Assembly: GCA_013239625.1 (NCBI GenBank)
Contig: MU057342.1
Span: 5,518,335-5,582,334, forward strand
From: Lama guanicoe
Lineage: Eukaryota
DNA length: 64,000 bases
Direction of reading: 5' to 3'
The position numbers were made by a program, and so were the translations under genes. Every line of letters starts with the position of its first letter. The first letter of the stretch is position 1. Below the pieces are notes generated by a model. The model ran no database searches. It was not told the DNA's origin and worked only from the letters and a program-made list of their open reading frames with translations. Positions 38,660 through 50,180 of this stretch are shown here, one piece after another.

Positions 38660-39160
38660 GTAACAAATGTATTAAATATTGTTCCAGGTACTCTGCTGAG
38701 AGTCATGTGGATTATTTTATTTAATTCAGAAAAATTTCATGTGGAGAGTTTTATTTGTTTCCTGTTTTACAGTAAAAGAAACCAAGGCATGTAGCTATAT
38801 CTTTCTAGTGCTGAAGATGTCAAGTGTTTTTTTTTTAACCACTATATTCCAGGTGAATTTCAACCCCATCATCTAGAAAGTTAGGAGCATCTGCCCAGTA
38901 TTACTCTTGTGTCCTATGGAAAAATTGACATTGGATCCTTGAATATTTATCGTATTTTACAATTACCAGGTGTTAATGCATTTGCTCTTATAGCAACCCA
39001 AAGGGTAGGGCCTATTATCACTTCCATCTTATGAATGAGGAAGTGGAAGCACAGAGAGGCTGAGTAACTTGCCTAAGGCCACACAGCTAACAAGCAGCAG
39101 AGCTAGGATTCAAATCCACACAGTCTGACTTCAGAATCCAGCTCTTATCCCACACACTGT
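38660..39160 (-). mobile_element. Two MIR SINEs
   Basis: tgttttacagtaaaagaaaccaaggca and atgaggaagtggaagcacagagaggctgagtaacttgcctaaggccacacagctaacaagcagcagagctaggattcaaa. Confidence 0.8.
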
Positions 39161-40774
39161 GCCTGGTGCTTGGTAGCAGCCAAGGACAGTTGTGTTGTTG
39201 GGTTTAGGGGAACAGCCAGTAGGCATGAGCAAGCCAGGCAAGGGGGTGGTAGCTGGGTTTTTGGAACACATCACAATGTATAACATGTGGACAAAAGGCT
39301 CCTCTCAGGTGCTTTAGAGTTCATCATGAGGGTACTGGAATCCCTTCCCAGCTGCCTTCCTCACTCTCAGGTCCCTGTGGCTCCCAACAACCTTGGAGCA
39401 TTGAATCAGGTTTATGGGGAGCTCCCGTAGTCCAAGCAAGCTGTGGTTCTAATTCCATCCCTCTGGTCTTTAGTCTAGGTGAAGATAAGGCTGCCTCATG
39501 TTACAGCATTGCCAGGCAGCTCTCCGTGACTAGGGAGACAACACTTTCTCCATCAGCACCTCTACTGTGGGGAGAAAGAAAAGCCCAGAAAAGTTCTGCT
39601 GGCATTGTTCTCAGAACCGAGTAGCAGCTAATCCTGATGTGGGCACAGAGACAAGCCAGGAAGTAAGAAGGTAGATGCACAGGTACTGGCCGGTGCAGAC
39701 TGGACAAAGAGACAGATGTGGCAGCCAGTGACCACAGGGCTTAACTAACATCAGGAGAAGCAAAACATTCCTAGCACAGCCTCCAAAGGGACAGGATGGG
39801 GTGATGACAAGGAGCCTGGCAATAGCTGTATCAAAGCAGACATGAAGGGCTGCCTTCCCAGCTTGCGGTGACCCGGGAAGGGGAACTTCTACATTGACCT
39901 GACCTTTGACCCAAACCTAAGCCAAACTTCCAGCAGGAGGAAAAGGAGACATTTTCAGATCATCATGCCATTCTCTCCAGATTTTTACTCCCTGCCCAGT
40001 CCTGTGAGGGTTCAGTTGTCTTAGAATAAAACTCAGAGGCGCCATCTGCAAGCCTGCTGGAGCGGCCCCACAGGAAGCAGGAAAGAGTAAACAATCCATG
40101 AGGGCTCTTCTCTCCAGAGGTTCTCACTGTGGTTTCCAGACTGGAAAGGTCTGAAGAGGCAAATGGCTGGGCATCCTGGGCCTTCTCACTGTGTCCCCTG
40201 GAGCCTCCCAGGGCTGGGGTCAGGGGAGGGTTACACACACAACACCGAGCCTGGCTCACCAGGATGCCTGAACAATGTTAAAAAGTTAAAAAAAAATCAT
40301 CTAACAAATATGTATGGAGAAGGGCTCTGTCTAAAACAGGAAGTTGGCACTGAGGGAAGGCTGGAAGATAAGGAAAACAAGAATGACACAACTAGTGCCC
40401 CATCTCCAGGGCTCCCTGGCTCGGAACACCAACACTTTCTGTGGGGCTGCTTCTCTGATGTCAGGTACGTGCAGAAAGCCAGCTGCCAGGGGCAGGTAAC
40501 TTCTCCAAAATTATTCACTCTAATAATATCTCCCACTTACCCTCAACAGGTGCCCATCTCAGAGGATGTTCCAATGGCCATTCCCTTGAGTGCAGCAAAG
40601 AAGATGAGGGAACAGAGGCAGCATATTCCTGCGTAGAAGACTGGCCATTGTCTCTGTGGTGCTTTAAAGCCTAAGTTGAACTTTCACATGTGTTGACGAC
40701 CTCTTTGGATCATATAACAACCCTGTGCTAAGACAGAACAGAGCCCTTGTCATTATCCATGTGAGAAAGACAAT

Positions 40775-41028
40775 GACAATAATAAAACCTGCCATACATT
40801 GGATACTTGCAATGTGTGTGACACTAGGCCAAGTAGTCTATGAGTATTCACTGTTTAATGCTCACAGCAACCCAATGAAGAAATCACCTTCTCCATCATT
40901 TTGTTGATAAGAAAAATGAAGCTCAGAGAGGTCAAGTGATTTACTCAAGGTCACACAGCAAGTTGGTGCCAGAGCCAGGATTTGAACCCAGGTCTGTCTG
41001 ACCCTAAACCTGTGCTTTAAGGCACTGT
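40775..41028 (-). mobile_element. MIR SINE, near full length
   Basis: gctcagagaggtcaagtgatttactcaaggtcacacagcaagttggtgccagagccaggatttgaacccaggtctgtctgac. Confidence 0.92.
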
Positions 41029-41764
41029 AATCTGTCTACAAGGCATTTGTGATTTGCCAAAGGTAAACAGTTGGTGTAGCAGTACCTCGGGCTCCTGCAT
41101 CCTGCTCCAGGATCCTTCCCTCTGCTCATAGGTGGCTCTGTCCCACAGAGTGGGTGGCTTCCAGCTTTTCTTGTCCCACCCATCTGTTCTTCTGGCCCAC
41201 TCTGAGCAGACAGGGACAGCTTCCTTTCTGTGCACACTAATGAGCTCTCTAAGCCCAGGCAGTGGCCCCGGGTGCCAGATTAGGGCCGCAGCGGGAGTCA
41301 GCGGGGAACACAGGCATCTCCTGCTTGTTTTGGGAAGGCACCAATACTAGACCACCCAAACTGCTTCTTAGCCAGGGCTCCATTTGGGAGCTCTGACATG
41401 GAGTTGGCAGCTTTCCTGCTCCTTCTCTACCTCCTGATAACTCCCCTGGGCCAAATGCTCAAGTACCATAAGCCTCTCAAAGCTCCAAGACAAGTGCATT
41501 CCCAGGGCCAACAACACAGCTCTCAGCCGGGGATGTGCATCCCACCCCCATTCGGTTAGGCAACAGCTCTGGCAACCTGACATAAAACAGTGTGCTGCCT
41601 GCTCCCCTTCTCCTGGTCCCCCTGCTCTCAGTCTCAGCTTGTGCAGGTTTCCACCAGGACTTCCCAGCTCCACAGCAAGGCCAGCAAGCTGGGAGCATCT
41701 CCACTCACTGTCATGGTTGGTGTTACTGCCGTGTGCAGATGTGATGGAGAGGGTGAGGATTCTG

Positions 41765-41990
41765 TGGCTTTAGAATCAGACAGTTTTGGATCTGAATCCC
41801 ATATATGCTGCTTGGGTGCTGCAGGACCTTAGGAAAAGCCACATTTCTCACCATGTTGGACTGTTTTTATCTGTACAATGGGGCTAATCCCACCCACTTC
41901 TCAGGGTTGTTATAAGGATTAAAGGTGATGCGGCACATGAGGTTCCAAGAACAGGACCTGGCACAAAACAGGCCCTCCACGGATGTGAAT
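41765..41990 (+). mobile_element. MIR SINE
   Basis: ggctttagaatcagacag...tgaatccc...atctgtacaatggggctaat...cagggttgttataaggattaaa. Confidence 0.85.
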
Positions 41991-42040
41991 CCCTGCCCTC
42001 CCCTCCTGTGCACTCACACTCCTCGTCTTCCTGCTGATTC

Positions 42041-42462
42041 TGCTCTCTCCCCTGCTTGGAGCCCTCAAGGGGTTAATCACACCACATCCACATGCAGAGG
42101 GATGAAAGGGGACATTATAACCAGGGCTCCTGGTGGCTTAAAGACAGAGGCTAACAGGGCCACTTCTCACAGAAAGTACAGGCACCAAACCCCGTGCTTA
42201 GCCTTGGAGACTTCTCTAAGAGCCCCTGACCATGTTTTCAGCCTCATCGTGAATTTCTCCCATTCGTGGTTCCTACTAATGCTGCGTGCTTCCCTATCCC
42301 TGCACCTTGGCATTCTGTTCTCTTTATATGGACCACCTTCCCTTCCAACCTTTGTCTAAAACTCAGCTCATTAAGGCTTCTCAATGAAGGCTTTTCTTAA
42401 CCTCTTTGGAGGATAGTGCTATATATAAATAAGCAATAACAATGGCTCCTCCTTTGGACCCT
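42041..42462 (+). repeat. Arm A of a long inverted duplication (partner 47386-47843)
   Basis: aligns along its length to the reverse complement of arm B; identical blocks of 23, 36, 23 and 22 nt. Confidence 0.95.
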
Positions 42463-43403
42463 GCAACATTTAAATTTTTAAAATCTTTTTCATGCCACTA
42501 ATTTTTTTGAATAATTAATACATATTTTTAATTACTAAAGTGAGATGTGCTGAACAAATTATGAGGCAAAGGAAAAGGGTTTCTGAAAAGTCTGTACAGA
42601 ATTTTCTTCCTTGAAGGTGCTAAAGATACACATTCTTGTGGCCGTTGATGTTGGTTTAGTTCTGCTCTGAATCACCATTGACACTCTCATTGTCTAAAAT
42701 ATCATGTACTTCATGCATTTATAAATAAATATCTTCAGATTATTTTTAAGTGTATTTGTAATGCTCAAAAATTGAATTCAATGCATTCCCTTGCTGAGAA
42801 TGATGCTATGTATAACTCAGAGAAGGAACATGATCTTCCCCTGTTGTTTTCTCTCTTTGGTCTTCCAGTCCAAAGTCAAGTGGAAATGGAAAGGCATCTC
42901 CTATTGATACTGCTTGCTTCTCTAATGACCAGGAAGTTCAGATATTTAAAGCAATTGCTTGATCCCTTTGATCAGTAGTGTACTCATGTTTAAGCACGTG
43001 TTTCCAGACTTTAGTTAATGACTTTTTCTTTGTGTTTACAAGATTATTTCTACAGCAAAATAAGAGAACGATTTATTTTTCTCTGTAAAAGTAACCTCAG
43101 GGTGATAGGAAAAATTATATATCTATCATGTTGCTGTGTTGTTTGCTTGTAGAAGCTGCAATTTGTTTTCCTCTTTTGAAATGTTTGCCTTCCTTATGAC
43201 AGAGAGTATTTGGAGATATATTATGTATGCATTTGCTGTATGCATATATTCTTGCCCTTGGGTAGAAATCCAGTGTCCATGGAAGAATTTGGCATTTGAT
43301 TGAAAGCCAGCAAGGCTGGTAGTTTTCCAACAGTTACAATTCATGGTTCTGCTTGAAGCAAATACCTCCAACTGTGGATAATAGACCTTCCTTGAGAATC
43401 TGA

Positions 43404-43711
43404 NNNNNNNNNNNNNNNNNNNNNNNNNNNNNNNNNNNNNNNNNNNNNNNNNNNNNNNNNNNNNNNNNNNNNNNNNNNNNNNNNNNNNNNNNNNNNNNNN
43501 NNNNNNNNNNNNNNNNNNNNNNNNNNNNNNNNNNNNNNNNNNNNNNNNNNNNNNNNNNNNNNNNNNNNNNNNNNNNNNNNNNNNNNNNNNNNNNNNNNNN
43601 NNNNNNNNNNNNNNNNNNNNNNNNNNNNNNNNNNNNNNNNNNNNNNNNNNNNNNNNNNNNNNNNNNNNNNNNNNNNNNNNNNNNNNNNNNNNNNNNNNNN
43701 NNNNNNNNNNN
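43404..43711. other. Assembly gap (308 N)
   Basis: run of N. Confidence 1.
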
Positions 43712-45005
43712 CCATTCTAGGATGACCCACTTGACCAGGTACAGCTTGTCTTTGGAAATAACCTAAATCTCTAAATAGAAATCTCAGGAAAGGTATAGCT
43801 ATGAGTGAGAGATTTCAGAAGAGACAAATAATGCAATTATGTTCCTTGCTGGTATGATGACTATATGCAGCTGAAATATTATGTTTTGAGGCACATTTTA
43901 AACTTTATTATTATAGCTGGTAATATCAACAGGAGAAAAATAATTATGCCTGCCAGTTGTGGGCATTCTGTTTATGTAGTATGTAATTTCTGCATTAACT
44001 TTTCTTTCTAAAACATGCTCTACACGATATATTTATCTCTTACATTATCCAGAATTTTAGGAATTCCGTAACTGGGTGCTATGGGGAAGAGAAAGACAAA
44101 ATGGGGAAGACTTAGAAAGGGGATAAATAAAGCTCGAGTCAGTTAAGGAAAATGTAGATTGTCTAGAAGAAAAGCCAGGAAAAAGTTTATCTTGCTCCAT
44201 TAATCCTCTACTCACTCTGTGAAATGAGAATGCACATATTGTTCTGGGGAGAAAAAAAGAAAACTAAACCATATGCCATTAATACATTTGACCAACTGTG
44301 ACATTTTTTAAATAAGGTTTTAACTGGTTTTATTACACCAACTGTGTAATTTCAAAATGACTCTGTCATCTATTATATCTCTTATAAACAAGTACTTTGT
44401 TTAACCAAGCCAATAATAACCTTCACAGACAGAGAAGGTTGGGATTTGAGAGAAGCAAATCCTCTGATTGTTTAGATAAAGGGAAAGAGATTCTTTGACT
44501 AGAAATACAAAAAAGAACATGATCTTGAAAAAAATGTTTTATCACACAATTCCCAATAGTTTGCTATTTCTTCTGTGGTGTGTGGGAGTGGGTGTCCAGT
44601 GCCTGAAGCCCTCCACAACATCAAGTGCACGCATCTTGGTTCCATACTCACAGACTAACTCCCAAAGGGACAACAAAGAAGGGCCGTGTGATCACTACCG
44701 GTGCCCTGCCAAGGGGGGCGTTTGCCAGAGAATGTGTGGTCAGGTGACTTACAGCGAGGCTTCTACCTCCTCTTTATGTCACTGCCTGGTCCGCCCACAC
44801 TGTGAGCAGCTGCCAATGGCAAGGAGACTGGAGGCAGAACAGAAGTCTCTTTGCCTCTTCACATCCTGTAAGATGCACCCAACACTCGCGTGGGTTCAAA
44901 GGAAAGGCTTCAGCTGCCGGCATGCTCTTCAGCTGCTGGCCTTCCTTCTTTGTGACGTAGTCTTTTAATTCGTTGTTATACTCATCATTTTTATTTCTTT
45001 CCAAG

Positions 45006-45127
45006 CACTTGGCTTTGTTCCTGCCTTCTGGAGAAGCTCAGGCTCCTTCATTCTGCAGGAGGGTGAAGGGATCCTCCTTCAGTGTGCTGTGTGCAACTCT
45101 CGTTTTCCTTGGTGTGTGGTATTTATG
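45006..45127 (+). other. Candidate spliced exon (122 nt), transcript unknown
   Basis: acceptor ctcatcatttttatttctttccaag| and donor ATG|gtaagc; no transcript evidence available. Confidence 0.3.
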
Positions 45128-45214
45128 GTAAGCGAGGCCGCAGTTGGCTCACTAGTGTCACTTTGGGCTGCTCCTTGGGGAACACTGGGGGCCTACACCC
45201 TGGGCCAGGTAGAA

Positions 45215-45385
45215 GAGCATGGGCTTTAGGATGGACAAAGCTAGGTTCCCATCCTGTTTCTATTTTCCATGTGACTGGAGGAAAGTAACCCTCTGAGCCT
45301 CCAACTTCATCTGTAAAATGGGAACAGTAATTCCAGCTTGACAGGACTGTAATCAGGATGATGTGAAGTCACATGCCTGAGATGT
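45215..45385 (+). mobile_element. MIR SINE
   Basis: agagcatgggctttagg...ctctgagcctccaacttcatctgtaaaatggga. Confidence 0.85.
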
Positions 45386-47385
45386 AGGAAAAACACTCCC
45401 TAGTTGAAAGGCCCCCTGGTGTCCACAAAAGGAAAACTATCCCATCAGGAACATCGTACCGTCTTGCCTTGTATCACACCATTGCAGCAGGAACCAAAGG
45501 CCATAGGATCAGGCCTCCAGGTCATCTGTGCTCTGTACTGTAACCTCCTTTCGACTGCTGGCACCCGATGATATTCCCCTCCTCTGACTCCAACTTGCAT
45601 TTGCAACTTCATCACATTCAGTCTGGTGACATCCAACACCACCTGGTGTTGTCTGATATCGCTGGAGTCACAAATACCGTCAAGCTGAAATTGACCTAAT
45701 TTACCTTCTGGGCTGATGCTTCCACTTTACAAGGGAAGTCCCGGAGACCCAAGAGGTTGTGTGACTTACTACAGACACCAAAGCTAGCTCGTGGCAAAGT
45801 TAGATCTCCAGATGCTCAAGCCACCTGAGTCTCACAGTGTTACTTAACTGCTGTGTTTTCGTGTGTGATTCCTACCCATGTCTCCACCCCTAACACACCC
45901 ACACCCACACCCACACCCACCCTTCAGATTTAAAGTTCCTTGAAGGCCTCTATGCTCTCAGGCTGCCCTGCATTTGAAGAGGATAACTGATGAAAACTTG
46001 CTGAACTGGGCCGGTTGAGGGAAAGAGGAATTCCTGGACATGTCAGCAAACATTTTATCAATAGCTTCTCCTTCAATTTTACAGACATACTGATCTGAAG
46101 AGCAATATGGATAAAATTTTTATGTAGGTAAAGGAGGAGAGTTATCCTGATCCAATGGCCACTGCATTCCCTCGAGAGCGCAGCTGTCCTTGTGAAGGTG
46201 GGAGCTGGCGTGTCTGAATGGCTGCACCCCATGAACGTTTCCTTACAGCACAAAGGACAGGGGATATTTAGTGTCTTTCCTGTACCTTGAGATGAACAGA
46301 ATCTCTTTACAACAGACTAATTCTCAAACTCAACTGATCAGCAGCTCCTAACCTGGTTAACTTTCAAACACGCTGGTCGGGGACAAAGGTACAGAACCAA
46401 ATGGGAGGCACTGCACATACTCACTGAGAAGAGGTGGATGCAGGCAGAGTGGAGGCCCATCTGCCAATCAGGGGAGAAGTGAAGCAGATGACACCTGACA
46501 CTGGGTGGAAAAGGAGGGGGGTTTCAAATACATATCGAATTCCGTTTTCACCAAGAGGTCAGCTTTAATCAAGTTCCCGGTGTAAATATAACCAATATAA
46601 ACCAAATAATGGAGGTTAAATGGCCATTCTGGAGGTCAGTGACTCTTGGTCAAGCTGGAAGATCTCACATCAAATGGACCAGCTGGAATTTACCTGAGGG
46701 CCTCCGTGCCCAACCATGAAACCGGAGCCCACACCAACTCTTCTGGCTGTGGATGGAGTGCAGAGCGATATGAATGTGGCAGGGCTGTCTGCTTTCAGCT
46801 CAGTGGTGGAAAACCAGATGCACTGCAGCCCAGGGTTTCCATAAACACAGGGTTGCAGTTTCTCTGTGGCTGAGAATCAAAGTGAATGTCTGCCGCAGGA
46901 GCTGATGCATCCTGCTCTCTGACGTCTCCAGGGAAGGACCCCTGGTAGTCCTGGGAGGGGATCCTTCTCCCACTTGGTTCTGGAAGCTGTGGTCCCTGAT
47001 GAACCCTTAGGCCACCCTTTATGAGATGTGCTATGAGATACGTTACAAGATCTTGCTGCAGAGAGAGCACCACATCTCAAACTAGAGGCAAGCCTGGCCT
47101 GTAAGCAGGGTTGACCTAATCCTGATCACCTGGGCATTTTTGAGCATGTCCTCCCCTCTTACTGCCCTTTTGCTTTTGTCTGGCCGTGTGGAGTGACACG
47201 CATGCAGCTTCATTTGTCTCTCTCTCCCATTGTGCCTGCTACCCAGTTTCCCAAACCGCTGAACTCAGCCCTCACACTGTCTACATGCTTTCTTGCCTTC
47301 GCGGAGTTTTTGGTGTTCTAAAGCGCTTCTCATAGTCGGTGCTCTTCAGGAGGTATGGAAGGAGCAGGAACCCCTTCTGGTTGGG

Positions 47386-47843
47386 AGGGTTCAAAGGAGA
47401 TGCTTTTTATTACTACTTATTTATAACACCAACCTACAAAGAAAGAGGCTAAGAAGGCATCTAATGAGAAGGCATCACTGTAAAGGCATCTAATGAGCTG
47501 AGTTTTACACAAAGGTTGGAAGGGGAAGTATTCCCGATAAAGCGAGTAAAGAGAACAGAATGCCAAGGAGCAGGGGTGGGGAAGCATGCAGCATCAGTGG
47601 GAACCACGAATGGGAGAAATTCCCGATGAGCCCCAAAACATGGTCTGGGGTCTGGTAGGGAAGTCTCCAATGCTGAGCAGAGGGGTTGGTGCCTGTACTT
47701 TCTGTGAGAAGTGGCCCTGTTGGCCTCTGTCTCCAAACCACCAGGTGCCTTTATAAACGTTCCCTTTCATCCCTCCGCATGTGGACATGGCGTGATCAGG
47801 GCTGGGGACCTGCAGGGGAGGGCTCCAAGCAGGGGAGAGAACA
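47386..47843 (-). repeat. Arm B of the long inverted duplication (partner 42041-42462)
   Basis: reverse complement aligns to arm A; carries a small internal duplication aaggcatctaatgag x2. Confidence 0.95.
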
Positions 47844-47984
47844 CACAATTGGAACTTCTCTGCTGTCTGAGCCTTATGTTCTATTTTTTTAAAACAAAAT
47901 ACATCAAAATATATACATTTCTTTCACTGCACACTTTGAAAAATGAAATTGTTGCTAAAGGGCTTTTATTTTTGTTCTTGCAAC

Positions 47985-48185
47985 ATGCTAATCAGTATGC
48001 TAAGAGATTTATGTGCCTCATTGCATTTAACCCACACAGCAATCCCACAAGGCAGATCCCATTCCCAATTTACAGATGGGAAAACTAAGACAGAGAGGTT
48101 AAGTACCTTGCTCAAGGTCATATGGTGGGAGATACAGATCGTACACTAAATCTGACATCAGTCTGTGTTCTTAACCATGACTCAT
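47985..48185 (-). mobile_element. MIR SINE
   Basis: cccaatttacagatgggaaaactaagacagagaggttaagtaccttgctcaaggtca. Confidence 0.88.
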
Positions 48186-49224
48186 AATGCTTCCTTAAAT
48201 GAAATCACTGAGCTAGTATGTTCTCAGCAAGTGTAGTTTTGGGGTCTCATTCATTTCTAACCAGATTCTTGGTAAATACATACTTTGCCATTTGCATGTC
48301 TTAGTCCTTTCTTTCAAAAATGGGTTTTTAATCAGAGCTGTGGAAAGACCCCCATGTATTTTACCCTGACGTAGATCTAAGTGAGAAGAACAGCGTGGAG
48401 CCAGTGTGTCAGGATGGCTAACCTTGAAGGGCATTGAAGAGTGTTCCATGGATACACCCCCAGCGATGCTCAGCAGCATCCAGGAATTGTGTGACTGTCC
48501 ATGTTGGTGCCTGGCTCATCACTGAACCATACATCCAGGAGGAGAGCATGGGACCCATGCTGCTGCTGCATTAGCTTTGTGTCTATCTAGTTCAACACAA
48601 AGCGGCAAGGGCAGCGGAAGGCTACTCCCATGAAACGCACCTCTTGTCATCTTTATGGGCACGCCAGACCATAAACCCGCAGACAGATGACAGGAATAAC
48701 CACATTATCTCTTCCAAGGCAAAAAAGAGAGGAGGGTGAATGTAGAGATTGATGTACAAAAGCGCTAGTCTAAATAAACAATCTACATACATTTGCATTT
48801 GCATGGGAGCATTGTTATAAAATGTGGTCTTCATTAAAGAGAGGCTGGTGAGGTACCTTCCGAGGGCCTGACACGTGTGATTTCTGATCATCTGGCTCCC
48901 TTGTCTCTTTAAAGTCAAATCCTGTACATGGAATATTTGCTGTGTCTAAATAATGCAACAAAATCACCTGAAATGAAAGCTGCTGAAATCTATACCAGGT
49001 AGATATTATATATTTTGTATAATTAACAGGGATTAAAGATGTATATTCACATGCGTAATTTCCAAGAGGCTTAGAAACAAATGTGTCCTGTTGAGATGTT
49101 TGGGAAAAATGATTTAAAGGGGGTATCCTGGTTAAGAACTAATTGTTAACTCACTGATCTCAAAGGAAAGTGGAGCAAAGGATAATCCAGAGAGGCCTAA
49201 AAGAGCTTCCTTAACAGGAAGATG

Positions 49225-49340
49225 GTAGGGAACAATTGCTCCCTTTCCCTCTCAACCCATGACTGAATAAAGAGAAAGAGAAAATGGCCTTAAACAACAG
49301 CATGAAGGATTTAGGTTTAAAAAATGGCAAGCCTTCCTTT
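49225..49340 (+). mobile_element. CR1/L3 fragment
   Basis: aaaatggccttaaacaacagcatgaaggatttaggtttaaaaaatggcaagccttcct resembles the CR1 ORF2 C-terminal region. Confidence 0.55.
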
Positions 49341-49499
49341 CAGAGGATTGCTTTGTACAGACTGTCATCAGTTCGGGTGTAAAATGAAGGGGAAAAGAAG
49401 AGTAGGATGGCTTAGGACTCTTTTGGCAGAAGAAGTAAGGAAGAAGAAAAGTGCCCAGACTTGCTGAAGATACTCAAAAACAGAACCATGTTGTGGAAC

Positions 49500-49665
49500 A
49501 GTCAGAGAAGTTAAAATTAAAGGATAGCATCCCAGACTGGTCTTCAGCTATTAGCTGAGTAACCTTGGGAAGTTATGTTTACGTTGCTGCTCTGGACTTT
49601 ATTTTCCTCACCTGTGAGACTGGAGCAGTGAACTCGAAAATATCAAAGGTTATTTCCAGTTCTAA
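49500..49665 (+). mobile_element. MIR/MIR3 SINE
   Basis: ttagctgagtaaccttgggaagtta...ttttcctcacctgtgaga...atcaaaggttatttccagttctaa. Confidence 0.7.
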
Positions 49666-49682
49666 TCACTTGTTGGTTTGAA

Positions 49683-49813
49683 GCAATGAACAATATGCTG
49701 TGGTTCGCCTGGGAAGGTCCTGATTTACACTTATAGTTCTGGCATAATTATTCATAACAACCATTTTCACTCTCAAAGGATCCTGGTTTGGACCATAAAA
49801 GTGATAGTCACTT
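49683..49813. mobile_element. MER94-like hAT-Blackjack MITE
   Basis: ggttcgcctgggaaggtcctgatttacac...ggcataattattcataac...ttcactctcaaaggatcctggtttggaccataaa...tagtcactt. Confidence 0.75.
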
Positions 49814-50014
49814 TACGTATAGCAGACAATATGAACAATTTCCCTTGATATTCATGTAGATGGTTTCCCACAATATAGGTATTAACCAAAAGTGCAACAG
49901 AAATATTTGGCCAATTAGCTCTTTTTCTTCTGAAAAACAAACAGTAATAATAATAGCTCTTGCTTTTTTGAGTTGACTGCATGCCTGGCCTTGCCCACAG
50001 CTTTCCAAACATTA

Positions 50015-50180
50015 GCTGATGTAATTCTCATTGCAATTCTAGAAGTTAGATGCTACTCATTTCTCTTTTACGTTTGGGAATATTGAGGTGCAAGAGGTTA
50101 GCATAATTTGCTCAAGACAGGTTTTGAACTTAGGTATCCCTGACTCCTGGGAACCAGCATTTAAAATTTCTACTATGCTG
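50015..50180 (-). mobile_element. MIR SINE
   Basis: ctctttacgtttgggaatattgaggtgcaagaggttagcataatttgctcaaga. Confidence 0.65.

Noticed and set aside
19293-43730. Long ORFs containing X runs (e.g. 19293, 22415, 22419, 36694-36959, 43341)
   Set aside because: Artefacts of translating N gaps
41925-47848. ORFs sharing TEANRATSHRKYRH and NFSHSWF peptides as a paralogous gene pair
   Set aside because: The similarity is split over three frames in arm B (frameshifts) and ORF 41925 begins in a MIR; it reflects the DNA duplication, not conserved coding
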